Shown: positions 12,880 through 26,317 of the stretch, piece after piece | Layout of the letters: every line of letters starts with the position of its first letter | Position numbering within the stretch: the first letter of the stretch is position 1 | Assembly: GCF_964355755.1 (NCBI RefSeq) | Contig: NC_092676.1 | Location: 25,376,871-25,440,870 of the forward strand | Direction of reading: 5' to 3' | DNA length: 64,000 bases | Source of the DNA: Antedon mediterranea | Lineage: Eukaryota; Animalia; Echinodermata | Program-made: the position numbers and the translations under genes | The notes under the pieces: model-generated | Told to the model about the DNA's origin: nothing | Databases searched by the model: none | The model's input: the letters and a program-made list of their open reading frames with translations, nothing else

Positions 12880-15800
12880 ATGAGTTTCAATTTTGGCGGT
12901 GGGGCCGCAGCTGCACCAGGAGGCTTCTCATTTGGAGCTCCTAAACCAGCGACGGCAGCTGCACCAGCAACTAGTGGCTTCTCTTTTGGAACTCCTGGTG
13001 CGTCTTCCGCAGCCAATCCTGTAGGAGGAACAACAGCCGGTATCACTGGGGGTATAGCTGCTGGTGCACCTTCTGGATTTTCATTTGGTATTCAAACAAA
13101 TATTATTAACACAGTTGACAGGAAGATAGCACTAGGGGAACATGCTCCCCTTGTTTGACAGCTAAATGAAATTTTAAATTACTTTTTTGTATCTAAATTT
13201 AAATGTTTGTGCTCCTCTTGAGGCTTGTTTGGTTTCCTTTTAGCAAGATACTTTACCTACGTTTGCCTCTCTCCACCCAGGTGTATAATGGGAACCCGGT
13301 TAAACACAACTTTGCGCTGATTACTAGCTGCATTGGGAGTATGTTTCCATACGTGTTTGATCTCCCAAAAAAAAAAAATGACTGGGGTAATAATGTTCAG
13401 CGCTTAGAGGTTTCACAACATTAGGCGCTATATAAATCCAGGATATTATTATTATTTATTATAGCACTCCCTTCTTGTCAATTGTATTACCCACTATACG
13501 ATCCTCAAAAGAGGTGCGTCATTTGTCCGATGTCAGTCATACCTTATGAATACCATGACACACCCCATCAAAAAGCAATCTACCTTTAGATGACCATGAA
13601 GCACCCATTTTGACACATTGTTGTTCATGATATGGTAGGTGGTAAAGTAAGGGATGTATATATAACTTAATTTAAAATATGCAACAATGACTGAATTATT
13701 TATAATATGATAATTATTATTTATCAGGGGCAGCTGCCAGTCAACCTCAAAGTAACATTGGAACAGCTCAAAAGAGTACAGGATTCACATTAGCTGGCAG
13801 TACACCCATCAAACCAGCAGGACAGGGTCTAAATCTAGGCTTGACACAAGTCTCAACAGGGCCTACTGCAGGCTTTACTACAGGAGGACAAGGCGCAGCA
13901 AAGCCTGCCACTCAGACTACAGGTCTTGGTATTATGCCTGCAGCCACTAAACCTGCTGCTACTTCAGCTAAAACAGGAGGCTTAACTCTTGGTGGTCTGG
14001 GTACTTCGACACCAGTTACCAAAGCAAGTGGTTTAAGTTTAGGAGGGTTAGGAGGGTTAGGCTCGGGTACACTTGGTTCAACTACACCTGCAGCTTCCAA
14101 AGCAGGGGGCTTGACCCTAGCAACACCAGCTACGAAATCAGGAGGGCTAACACTTGGCGGAGCTGGAGCTACAGGTAACCATGTATATATTTATTTTATT
14201 TCTGTATATTCTTTGCTAAGTATAATTTCATTTACTGAAAAGATTAAAAGGTAGTAAATAGTTTTAGCATACTATATAAAAATAAATGTTATAGGTGTGA
14301 TGTGTTTTAATAACTGATTACTCTTACTACAGTATTACTTTCTTTAAAGTATTGATTCTATACTTTACACTGTTTTTGTTTTACTGTAGGTGCTTTGGGA
14401 GGAGCCAAACCAACCCTTAGTAAGTACAGCATTTTGTTCTGATAGTGTGGTATATTGGCAAGGAATAAACTAAATTTAATGATATAGATATTTATAATAA
14501 ATTTGTTTTCTTTTTGTAGATCTTGGAAAAACAACAACGGCATCAACTACTGGAGCTGCAGGAATCACAGCTGCGTAAGTTTTCTGTAATACATCCTCTA
14601 TAGTTTCAATCAATGCTGTATTATGGGTTAAAAAACTTTTTCAATTTCCACACTCCCAACAACATTTGTAGATGTGATCAAATCATCTCCTAAATGGACC
14701 AATTTCAATTCAATTCATACACATTTATTCAGTTATTTTACAATAATAACTTGGGCCCGCACTAGAGGCAATAGCTTGTCTCATGAGGGCCCCTACAATA
14801 AATATATGCAAAATGAATAAAATGAAATACTGTGTATAAAAAAATAGACAACTAGAGGGGACTCAGAGAGTACAAACCTCCGCCTACTGTAAAATTCCCC
14901 TACATAAAATGCCCCCTGAATATTTTTTTTTTACATTTTTTTTTATTAGTTCTAAGTGTAAATATGTTAACTGCACACTACAAAGTTGTGGATGACAGTG
15001 TGGTGTAATGGTTATGTATCCAGCCTCTCATAGTTGAGATCGCTGGTTCAAGTCCCACTGAGGGTTTTTTTTAGGTGATCATTTAGAATAAAATGATCAC
15101 CTATTGTTATTGTATGAAATCTTTATTATTATTTTTTTTCTTTTTATTGTTTCTGTACACTATTTTGTGTAACAATTATCTCAAAAAGTTTAATGTCAAT
15201 GATTACCAAAATTTCAGAATATCTTTCAAATAATATAACTTAATCCTAATGAGCTTTCCAGCGTGATCACTCATCCGTGACGTCATTTATACGCCATTTT
15301 GTGAAATCACATTATCAATCATATCTCCATAATTCATTATGACATATTAATGAAATTCACTACAGGTAAACTTCAGGTCAAGGGTAAAAATATTAGCAAA
15401 TAAAAAGGTTTGAAGGTCATGCACGTGAAATCGCGCGTTAAAAATTTAAAACGCGCAAAATTAGGTTTTGATCAATTTAGAGCATGAATTAGGCCATTTG
15501 CGCGTTTCAAAAAATTACTGCGCAAAAATGCGTTTTTGTGCGCACGATTCTTAAAATGCGTAAAAAATAAAATTTGATGTATAAATCACATTCTACTCAC
15601 AATCCTTAGTACATTCACCAATTTTGAGTCCATTCCGACTTAAAATAACGCTATACGGGCACGTTAAAAATGACAAAATGCGCACACTAATTGTACAAAA
15701 GTGCTAAAAATGGTAAAAAATAAGGACTTTTTTAAATGAATATAACTCTTCAGAATGGCAGATGACCCCCAATTTTTTTAACTTATTATGGAAGCCAATA

Positions 15801-18800
15801 AGATGTAGATACAAATGTATATACACATTAGACGTACAAAATGGTATGACGTCATCAAATGGCCACTTGAATTTAAAAATTAGGAATTTTTTTCTTTTTG
15901 TGTGGGTTATCACATTCAATAGAGCGCATCTCCGTTATTTGAGCCCGATTTTCGCACAACTTTTAGTATGTGCTTGCTCAATTAATTATTCTTCTAATGA
16001 GTTGTCAACATTTTTATTTTGATGACGTCATCACGCGTAAAAACTTGAATAACCTAGGTCGTGTAATTTCAGCTACACCATACATTTGAATATCTTATAG
16101 CTCTTCAGAATTAAAGGTGACCTTGAAGATTATAACTTATTATGAAAGCTGATGAAATGTAGATATGAATTCATATTAAAATTAAGCCTATCGGATGTTG
16201 TGATGTTATCATATGGCCAGTTGAAGTTAAAAAGTAGTTTTTAAATTTCTTTAGTCAAAGTTATACAAATTTCAAAGACCGCGCATTGCGCTTCTACGTG
16301 TCAAATTTTCTTCCAATCCTTATATTTATTTGCTCAATTCATTATCTTTCGAAATTGTCATCTTCGAGTTTATTTTGATATATCCATCATACCAAAACAT
16401 TATAAGATGATGTGTGTCCCGTAATTTCACCTATGCTACACTGTATATAGATATACAGTATATACTGTATATTGTATATGGCATATACCGGTAATAGGCA
16501 CAACTCAACACTATACATATAATAGGATGGAATGTATCATCATTTTCCGATCGTATGATAACGTACGTGCATGTTTAAAACAAATTATTTTCAGTAATTA
16601 ATTAATTAATGTCAATAAAATGATAAAAATGATCACCTATAATTCGTCAAAGTGACGAATTAAATTCTAGTTTTATATTATTTTTTTATTTATTTTTTTT
16701 TTTTTGTGGACCTTGATCTTTGACCCTGACCCTTCAAAATTTAACCACAATTATATGATGTGTCATTGATCATTGTGGCTAAGTTTGGTGAGAATCGGAT
16801 CAAAACTGTGGTCTCTAGGCAGTAAAATAGTTTTTTGTTAGTTGTGACCTTGACCTATGACCTTTCCCCCTCAAATTCGAACTCGTCCGAGCTTTTTGGC
16901 CATAGATCATTGTGTCCAAATTTGGTTAGAATCGGATAAAAACTGTGGCCTCCAGGCTGTTCACAGACACACACACAAACACACACACAAACATACAGGG
17001 GTGAAAACATAACCTCCTTGTAATAATGTACACTGAGAAATATATAGGTGCCCTCATATTTATGTTAAGGTTTTAACTTTTCCCAGTCCTGCAGGCCCAA
17101 CAATGAATTACAGAGAGTTGGAAGAAGCCATTAACAAATGGACGGTAGAATTAGAAGAACAAGAAAAAGTGTTTCTACAACAAGCTACACAAGTCAACGC
17201 CTGGGATAGGTTACTGGTAGAAAATGGCGAAAAGGTGTGTTTCTTTTATTTTAGACAAACATATACACAAGATGCTCTACATAAACAAAGACTTATTATT
17301 AAGTCTTTGGGAGTGGAGTTGTAAATTGTCATGAGAAAAAAACCCTGACATATGACAGGTCTTGAACCCATGACCCTTAGATTGGTAGCCAAGCATCATA
17401 ACCAAGCATCATAACAATAAAGATTGAGTGGAGCCAAGCCACAGCTCCACTCAATCTTTTTAATCTTAGTAGTGAATCCTAAATACTGGTAGTGAAGTGA
17501 ATAATGGTTGTGAACCATCAGTAGTAATTATATGTGTTTGTTTTGTTTGGACTGCATTGAGCTCTGTCTATACTATCAACTATGTTGATGTTGATACCAA
17601 ATATGGTAGTGATATGACATCATCATGTCCATATATGGCACATCACATGAAGTTTGATAGTGTAGACAAGGGTTTAGTAGAGAATCCTTAAAAGAAAGAA
17701 TGTTTGTGGACTATCAGTAGCAATTATATGTGTTTGAAACTCAAAAAAGTGTGATGTGCCCAAATATGGTAGTAATATACCCAAATATGGTAGTGATATG
17801 ACATCATCTTGTCCATACATCTGTCACATAAAGTTTGATAGTGTAGATAGGGCTTTAGATGTTTTAGATAATTCAATAAACCAATATTCCCTATGTTATT
17901 ACCAGCAATAAGATGATTATACATTAGTATCATTTTGTTCCAATTCCAACAGATAACAGTTTTACATAATGATGTGGAAAAAGTCAAAACAGATCAACAA
18001 AGGTATTTCATATAGTATATTATATATTTTTATTTAATATTTAGATTGTATTGTTTCAGTATCATATAGTTAATACATACTAAATTTTTTGTTAAAGTTG
18101 GAAGTTTCATCTATGTTTTCTCAAAATGTTATGTATGTATATTTGTTTATAACATTTAGCTAAACTTTCCTCATTGATTAACTTTGCTGTTTTTATGGTT
18201 TTATGTACTTTATTTTGAAATGGCTAAAAATAAATATGATATATAAATACAAAGGCAAATTATTTTGTTTAAAAAGTGACAATGCTGTCGGTATCAGTGG
18301 CTGGATCTCAATGGAGTTACAAAAAAGCAAAAATCTCAATCAAAATGATAAAGTAAAACAACAAGAATGGTTTGTAGAGAGCTTTCTGCCAACACTAGCC
18401 TTTCATGATATGATATATGATTTGATTTTTGCTTAAGAGTTGCCATACAAACAAATTAACATCTATATTATCCAGGTTGGAACATGAATTAGATTACATT
18501 GTTGCGCAACAAAGAGAACTTGAAGACATGTTAACACCTTTAGAGGAATCCATCAAAACGCAACAGGGCTCGTTATTCACGCAGCATGCTGATGTTGAAC
18601 GCGAACACACGTAAGTAGCATCTTAGAAAAAGAATATCTTTTTTAAAGATGTACTGTCCCCAAAAACATGAAAAATGAAGATTAATTAAATCGGTATTTG
18701 AATAGGTTATGTAGAAAAACTGGAAAAAATAATGTTTTCACTAATAAATGGATAAATTCAACCAAAACTCCTTGGCTGGCAAGCAATTTGACTATTTTTT

Positions 18801-19785
18801 ACTTAAAATGACTTGATAAATCTAATTTTATACTGTATGTACGGTTTTCGATAGTCCGAAATAAAGAATACTTAGACAAAAAATATCAATATTGATTGTT
18901 TTATCAGGTATCAATTGGCAGAAACAATAGACAGCCAATTAAAGAGAATGGTGCAAGATTTGAAAGAAGTTATTGAACATCTGAACACATCAAACACTGC
19001 AGGAGAAGCTAATGATCCTGTAAGTGACTCATAGATATGCTCTTCTATACCTTTATTAGTTCTTTTAACTTTGCAATGTGTCACAGTTTCATGTCATGGA
19101 TTGGATGATAATAATGCACTATTTTTTTCAGATTCACCAGATTGCAAAAATTTTGAATGCACATATGGACTCGCTACAGTGGATTGATCATAACACAGGT
19201 GAGCTATGAACACCTGATCGTTAATGTAAATTATTATAAATTAAGGACTTCAGTTAAATAGGTGTCGTAGTTGAGTGAGAACGTACGTTAAATAAGTGCC
19301 ACAGTTGAATAAATGTTCTAGTCAAATAGATCTTGTAGTCGAGTAAGAGCCTCGGTCAAATAAGTGTTGTAGACGAGTATTTGAATAAGCGCCTTAGCTG
19401 AATAAGTATTGCAATAAAAAAAATGTAACTTATTAAGTTTGTAAATTTAGAAAACGTCTTCTTTAAGTTTTTTAAATCAAGTAAACTTCTTGGGTAAATA
19501 GGTGTTGCGGCCATCTTAGCATCTAAGCCAAATAAGCACCTAAGACGAATAAGCACCTTAGGCGAATAAGCACCTTAGGCGAATAAGCACCTTAGGCGAA
19601 TAAGTTTTTGCAGTTTTTAATTATCAATGAGGTAGGAATAATAGAACTGAGCTAAGAGAAGTAAATGTTAATATAGATGTTTTTTTTATACAGCAATGTG
19701 TCAGAGGAAAGTTGATGAGATTGCCAGACAAAGTGAGATTGTACGTAGAGATCAGGAAAGGAACGTCCAACTAGCTTTTGATTGA
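12880..19785 (+). CDS. NUP62: Nuclear pore glycoprotein p62, copy 1. Exons 12880-13087, 13728-14174, 14390-14419, 14520-14574, 17087-17234, 17953-18002, 18476-18610, 18908-19019, 19132-19198, 19694-19785
   Basis: N-terminal FxFG repeats (FNFG, FSFG), Thr/Ala/Gly-rich linker, Nsp1-like coiled coil MNYRELEEAINKWTVELEEQEKVFLQQATQVNAWDRLL...ILNAHMDSLQWID; GT-AG junctions. Confidence 0.95.
13220..13460 (+). mobile_element. CORE-SINE-like element with L2-like tail
   Basis: ctctctccacccaggtgtataatggg core and aggcgctatataaat...(tat)n tail; relative at ~48025-48280. Confidence 0.6.
15071..16672 (+). mobile_element. Non-autonomous Helentron-type element (HINE/DINE-like), nested in another tgacctt-rich repeat (~14850-17015) in Nup62 intron
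   Basis: 5' aggtgatcattt followed by its inverted copy aaaatgatcacct; 3' aaaatgatcacct, hairpin aattcgtca-aag-tgacgaatt, then ctag and T-run; inserted in a T tract. Confidence 0.7.
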
Positions 19786-21716
19786 GAGCTTCAATGCACT
19801 ATTTCTATTACAGACAGATCTAGGCATAAAATATCAACAACTGAATGCTAGGTAATCTAACAACAGGGTGCTGAGCTCTGGAGATCAAAGAATTTATCTG
19901 TGGCTGTGACACCATCAGAACAGACACTGCACGTTGCAGAGAATATTAACATGATACAGAACTGTTGCTATTTGTCGAAGTCAGACCTAAGATCAAAGGA
20001 CTGTTACGAGCTCAGTGTCCTGTTGTTAGATTGCCTTGGTTTATTTAGGTTGTACATGTATCTGTATTATTGTATATTTTTATATTTGTGCATCAGAGAA
20101 GTGAATGAGTTCATTCAGGCACATACACCAGGCATACAGAATCTAAATAAAATATCAACAACGCCATTTCTGAAAAAAAATATGAAAAAAAATCACATTT
20201 TTGTTATTCTACATTTTTAAAAAAGAAATAAAAATTATCAAAGAAATAAAACTTATGTATTATACAATGTATAGAATTATGTGTGATCTTGAGAAGATGA
20301 ATGATTTAGCTTGTGGAAATTTTTTTACGGTCTTCATGTGTCATTAAATCGGAATCTTATTTTTTCACTTCGATAGACGATAAAAACAAATACGTATGGA
20401 CAGCTTAACAGATAGCTTAATGTGTAAATCAGTAGCTAGACTTATAAGACTGTATTGTCTTTTTTATGTTAGTCCACCAGTCGGCGTTTCGATTTTTTTC
20501 TGAAAATATGAACTCAAATACTAAACGTATGAAACGCCATATGTGCCAAAATATTTTACTAATTTCGGTCTAATGAAGACTAGTCGGTAGCCACAGCCTC
20601 CTCTCAAATTTCAAATATAGGTCAATGGTTTTGTCACCACCTGTTGATTGGCGTCGGTATGTATACTGGCGTGATTGTACAACATTCCCATCCAGGCCTA
20701 GCCAACTACTGATTTGAATACAATACGCAAGACATGAGAATTCTCCATTTTGAAGGCCACTCATTTTTTAGGCTGCCTGCTAAAAGTAGGACAAATGTCA
20801 GGGTCTGCAAAACTATGTATATGATAATCTGTTTTGTTGGGGGTCAGAAAAACAAATATTGTTCTCTTCTCTTCTGCAGCCATCGGCAATATTGTATTAT
20901 TGTTGCCATTGTTTTATTGACCCTACGTAACGTACCTGAACAAAGAACAAACGTAACATGTAGCATTAACAACATCAAAGTCGGTTAAAGGGATTTGAAA
21001 CTACTGTGTATAGCGCAGATTGTGGGAGCACATCGACTTACCCGCCAATGCAATTTGACTCCCTACTAGCACGTATCCGCGTTAACGGACGCATTCAGCG
21101 ACAGCGCCCTCAGGTTTGGCAGTTAGCGCGTATCGCGATACGCTTCACTGGTTTGTTTTGAAATTTCGTCGCCGATTCGTATAAATATCAATAGTACCCC
21201 CTGTTTGTTTCCCTGTTTTAAGACAAAGTAAATCAACAAACTCAACGTAAGTTATATTTTTAAAATATATTAAACAAGATTTACACATACGTGTAAAATT
21301 TATAATTTATCTCAACTTTATAATGTTGGAAAAGTTTGATCATTTTATTTAGTGATAGGCCTAGATTTCGTCAATGACGAAGTCCGCAAAACTAATCTAG
21401 GTACTTAAGTATCTGCTTATATTTCTTTACACGAAGTTTTTGGTAATAAATGAAATGGTTTAAATTAAATTTGTATTAAAATAGAGACAAAATATCCTAG
21501 TAAGACTTGGGAAATAATTATTTTTTTATAATTATGTTAGAATGTTTTACTGCTATTTAATAAGCCTATAATTAGTATTTTAGGCCTAGGCATAGTATTA
21601 ATCAACATAAGTAGGCCTACTATGTGCTTTGTATAGACATACCAGACCTGTACCTGTATACCAGATAAGTACATTAGAATAGAGTAATCATAATTTTTTT
21701 TTTTTTTGGCAGATTG

Positions 21717-24700
21717 ATGGAAAACCACAAACAAATACTGTGTACACTCTGCAGAGTGTGTGGTATTAAATTAAACAAAGCCGGCTCTCGGTCAAAGAAA
21801 GTGGCAGACTATTGGGAACAGCTTAATGTTAGCAGAGATGAAGATAGTAGCGTAACTCCATCGTCATTCTGTAATCTCTGCTACATCAAGTGTGTTGTCC
21901 AAAAACAACAAATTTCCTGCAAGGACTGGCCGCCACATAAACGAATAGGATGTAACATCTGTGAAGATAAACTACGAAAAGGTTAGTTAATACTGGTAGA
22001 GAAAATTTATTTTGTTTATATTTTTAATGTACAGCAAATACTTTTAAAGCCATTGTTAATTGTTATCACATAGGTGGAAGGCCAAAGAAAAAGAAGAGGG
22101 GATGTGGAAATGCAGAGTGTCAAAGAAAAATGGCTCATACCTCATCAGTTACCAAGCATTTTGAACCAATAAACACAACACTAACAACTATTCCCGATTC
22201 TTACAACATTATCGGTTCTCTAAGACCATTCATGTGTTGCATCTGTAATGTATTGTGTGAATGTCCTGTCGAGTTACCATGTCATCATGTTGCTTGTAAA
22301 GCATGTGTTAATACTTGTTTTGTTGATGTCGAGTTCATGATTTGTCCTACCTGTTTAACTAATGTACACTACTTGTCTGTCACTGCTGTACCTGATCTTT
22401 TCATTCAATGTTATATGTCTGTTGCTGTCAAATGTAAGAAATGTCAGTGTCAGTTTGAATGTCGACAGTGTAATACACATGTGTGTGTCTTAAAAGAACA
22501 CACTTATGCAAAACAACCTTCCACAAGCCCTGTGCAAGCGAATGTCGAAGTTTTAGGGCACCAACTACTGTCTGCCAAAACAGCAGAAAATGGTATAGCT
22601 ACCTTCAGATCAAAGGGGCAGGTACAATACATTTCTTTATTTTCTCATAATTACAATTGACCGTGTACATACTATACTGTTAAATTTATTCATATTTTCT
22701 TTTTTGTTTTGAAGACGGTTAGGTATATGAAGATACCTGCAGTTAGAGTGTCGTCAAATACAGCATCAAAAAAAACCAAAGACAGGAGGACACACCAGGT
22801 ACAAAAGTTGATTGTTAATGTTTTATAAGGGAACTTCTGAATCAATCGTCAATTTCAACAACTGATACCTTTGCTTTCACAGATTCAACAATTCAGAAAA
22901 CTGATAAGTGGAGAAGATGCTGAATTAGAACAACACAGACACGAATTTTCCCAATTAAATGAAGAATTAAAGACTATGCTTCAAACACCCATTAGGATGC
23001 CCCAAGGAGATATACTCTCAATGAGAACTCACCTTGGACTAAGTGGCTCTAGAACAAGATTATTAAAAAGGTATATTTTATTATTTAGACATTTATTTAT
23101 TCTGAAATAAAACCAAATTATTATTTCAACCTATTATTCAATCTACTTCATTTAAAATAAGCATCCGTTCCAAACTATTATTTCTTCTATTTTTAGATGG
23201 TTAGCAAAGTACCGGGTCGTTTGTGAATGCGAAGCCAGTATTGGCTGTCAAGTTGATGAGATCATAGGCGACAATCTGACATCTGAGTATGTGCCATTGT
23301 TAGTGAAAGATACCAAGACAGATGAGTTGTTGCTCACAGATGTGCCATTAGTTGTAGTGAAAAACTTAAGAGTGAAAGTAACACAATTGTTAGATGAGCT
23401 ACAAAGGTATAAATACACACGTTTATCAAATGTTCTTTCTTTTTTTCATTAGATTTTTTTTTCAAAGCATTTGAAATATGAACACAATATTGTTTTATTA
23501 TTGCTTTTAGTCTTGATATGCTTACTTGGCACAATGGTTTGATACCAGAAAATAAAATATGGATTAAACTAGGCGGAGACAAAGGAGGAGGAACTTACAA
23601 ATTTATGCTGCAAATTGGCAATGTTGACCGGCCCAATTCTTTGAAAAATACAGTTACAATTTTGATATGGGAAGCAGGCGATTGCACCTACAATTTAAAA
23701 ACAGGAATGGAGAGAATTAGGAACCAAGTTGAAGACCTCAAGACATTGGTGTGGAAGTAAGTAGTTTATATCATAACAGTTCTGACAATTTATAAAAGTA
23801 TTTACTATTTATGATTTCACTATATGTTTTGATTTATTTTTATTTTATTTCAGTGGAGAAGAAATTGAATTATTTGCATTCAGCTACAGTACTATAAATA
23901 CAAATGTCGTGTTTATGGATTGTCTGAAGCAAAGTGGTAAGTATGTATTTTTTATGTTTCATAATTCTGTACATAATATATACCTCTTCCTTTATTTCAG
24001 TGGAAAAGAAATTGAATTGTTTGCTTTCGGGGATTACGAATATGAATGCCGTGTTTACGGATTATCCGGAGCAAGTGGTAAGTACTGTAATTCTAATACA
24101 CTGGAACCTAGTATTATATTAGGCAATATCTCATAAATAGTTTAATACTAAAAAAATGTATTTTTTATAGGACGACACTTTTGCTTATATTGCCTGAGTT
24201 CGAAGGGTAAAGTGGATTTAACAAAAAGATCTCTAGAATCTATGAAGAAAGATTTGGAAAGTTTTGCAAGCAATGGAAGCATGTTGAAAAATGCGAAGTT
24301 TCACAACAACGTAATAAGTTCACCAATACTTGACATTGACATTGATCATGTAAGTACTGTAAAGCTCATAGATTGATCAAACTGTTTGTTTGATAAGAGT
24401 TGATAAGTTGATGCTTTTTATATCAGAAAAATTATATATATAATTTCTGCCTTGTATGATTAATGTTTGAATAAATATACCATCATCAGTTTTAAATAAA
24501 GAATGTTTCATTACAATTAGGTTTGTCCACCTGGACTGCATATTAGCTTAGGCCTTGGGTTGAAGCATTATCAAAGTTTAGAGGATGCATGCCACACACT
24601 CGATAAAAAGATGGCCCAACAAGCTGACGGCATCAATGCAAGCATTGCTCGTAAAGAGTACATTAAGGTACATTATAATTTCATTTGTTGGTACCCTGTA

Positions 24701-25895
24701 TACAGAGCATTCCATCCATGTTACTTACAATGACCCTTTTAACCCTATTTTTCAGTTAGTGGAACATAATGAATGTTTGCGTTACCATTTAAATGAAAAG
24801 GAAAATCTGGAACAGGAGATAGGCCAAATGACTGATTATTTTAATGCTTTTAATTTACTTGGTCATGGAAATGATGATTGTGCAATTGAACTGATTACAC
24901 AGATTAATCAGAAAAGGGAGAAATTAAATGCTCATGTAAGTATAAGAAATATTTTATTGTTATTATTGAACAAAGCAAATTGAATGAGAAAACTATGTGA
25001 ATTATGTCATGATTATTTTGTAGAATGAACATATTGAAGCCACGCCACCGTCTCCAACTTTTTTGAAGAGAACGGGTCCCATTTGTGAGGAGTTGGACAA
25101 ACGCTTGATCAAAATGGGCATAACAAGGCAGGCATACTGGGGACAGTGTTTTGTTGGGAACCATATCCATAAATTGTACATGGTAGGTATAAAGCTGACG
25201 TTGATGACTTACAAATGTGGCATGGGCTGTTTCAGTTTTTTTTTAATAATTGCATTTTGAATAAACAATAAATTAAATCATTTCAGACAACAAATATTAA
25301 ATATTTAATGGATGGAATAACCCACACTGTCCAAGCCATTTGTCCAACTCTTTTGAAGGAGGCTGAAGATGTAGCTGTGGCCTACACAAAGTTATTTAAT
25401 GCATTTGGAGCCTGCCACAGATTATACAATTCAGCAGAACAATTCGGGAATGCTGAAATTGATCAGTTGCGTATGTACAGTACAGAAATCTTTGTTAAAT
25501 TTTAAATAATTGCATATTTATTATTAAATAAATATTAAGCATTCAGAATATAAATGACAACTTTGCTTTTGTTACCTACAGAACAAAATATATCAATCTA
25601 TAAAGAGATTTTCGCCACATTCCATGAAACGCAGCCTCCAAAATTTCACATATTGTGCGAGCATATCATACCATGGATCAAGAAATGGGGGGTGGGATTA
25701 GGATTCCATGGCGAACAAGGTGGTGAGTCAATGCACGCAAGATTGAATGGCATCCAACGTGACTACCGTGGCAGAACAACAGACAGATTAACCATTTTGC
25801 TGTCAGTGGTGAAAAATCACTGGGTTTCGTGCAGTCCATCAACTCTAAAGGCGATTCCTGAAAAGAAGGCCAATAAAAGGAAAATTGAGGAATAA
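21717..25895 (+). CDS. RAG1-like (Chapaev/Transib-related) DDE transposase with N-terminal Zn motif and RING finger, 926 aa. Exons 21717-21981, 22074-22621, 22715-22798, 22883-23070, 23197-23406, 23511-23756, 24001-24077, 24171-24349, 24521-24667, 24756-24935, 25024-25182, 25287-25470, 25582-25895
   Basis: Manual splicing gives 2,781 nt with consistent phases and no internal stop. Motifs: H...LCTLCRVCG, PSSFCNLC, WPPH...CNIC, GGRPKK, C3HC4 RING, KC..C...H Zn finger, IKLGGDKGG (D1), RPNS, FGDYE...GLSGASGRHFCLYC (D2, ZnC2), PPGLHISLG, FVGNH, PKFHILCEH (ZnH2), GLGFHGEQGGESMH (E). Confidence 0.9.
23854..23936 (+). other. Diverged tandem duplicate of the D2-encoding exon (83 nt, intact AG/GT sites, same phases)
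   Basis: Aligns to 24001-24077 with a +5 and a +1 insertion; translates NGEEIELFAFSYSTINTNVVFMDCLKQSG with no stop. Confidence 0.8.
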
Positions 25896-26054
25896 TGTAC
25901 TGGCACTGTTGTATCTTCACAGATTGTTGTATCTTCACAGGTTTTGAAGTTGATCTTAATAATGTTTTTTTAATGGATAGAGTATAAAATTTGTAATAAT
26001 ACAGAAAACAAAAAATCTCATGTGCAATCTTTGTGCCCAACAACAAATTATTAA

Positions 26055-26317
26055 AGATGTATTGTCTTCCTGAAAAAAATAATTATTAAAACATTTTTTG
26101 TTGAATATGCCATTTGAATGTCACCTAATAGTATCCACTTTGACCAAAAATTGGATCGAAAGAAAATGTATTTACCTAAAAAACTGTAATTTAAAGCAAA
26201 AAATAGTCAAATTGGCTGCCAGCCAATAGGTTTTTGGTTGAATTTAACAATTTATTTTGCCATTTTATAAGTAATTATTAATCTTTATTTTTCATGTTTT
26301 TTGAGGACAATACATCT
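26055..26317 (-). mobile_element. TTAA-targeting (Kolobok-like) MITE nested in the transposon
   Basis: TIR agatgtattgtc...gacaatacatct; left TTAA present; same family as 44596-44877, 47670-48019, 60534-60821 and partial 18647-18805. Confidence 0.75.

Larger units (their letters stand above)
12529..21069 (+). repeat. 8,541-bp direct repeat, copy 1 (contains Nup62)
   Basis: Matches 27625-36165 at a constant offset of 15,096; all ORFs in the track are identical; boundaries tt|ttggatatttt and ctactag|cacg. Confidence 0.97.

Noticed and set aside
14993-15063. tRNA genes here and at ~54343-54403 and ~58443-58508
   Set aside because: Acceptor stems are degenerate and the segments are embedded in repeats; they are SINE/MITE-derived.
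19530-19605. Short tandem array gcgaataagcaccttag in a Nup62 intron, and the 21-bp arrays in MITEs, as CRISPR-like
   Set aside because: Head-to-tail repeats without spacers in a eukaryotic intron; minisatellites.
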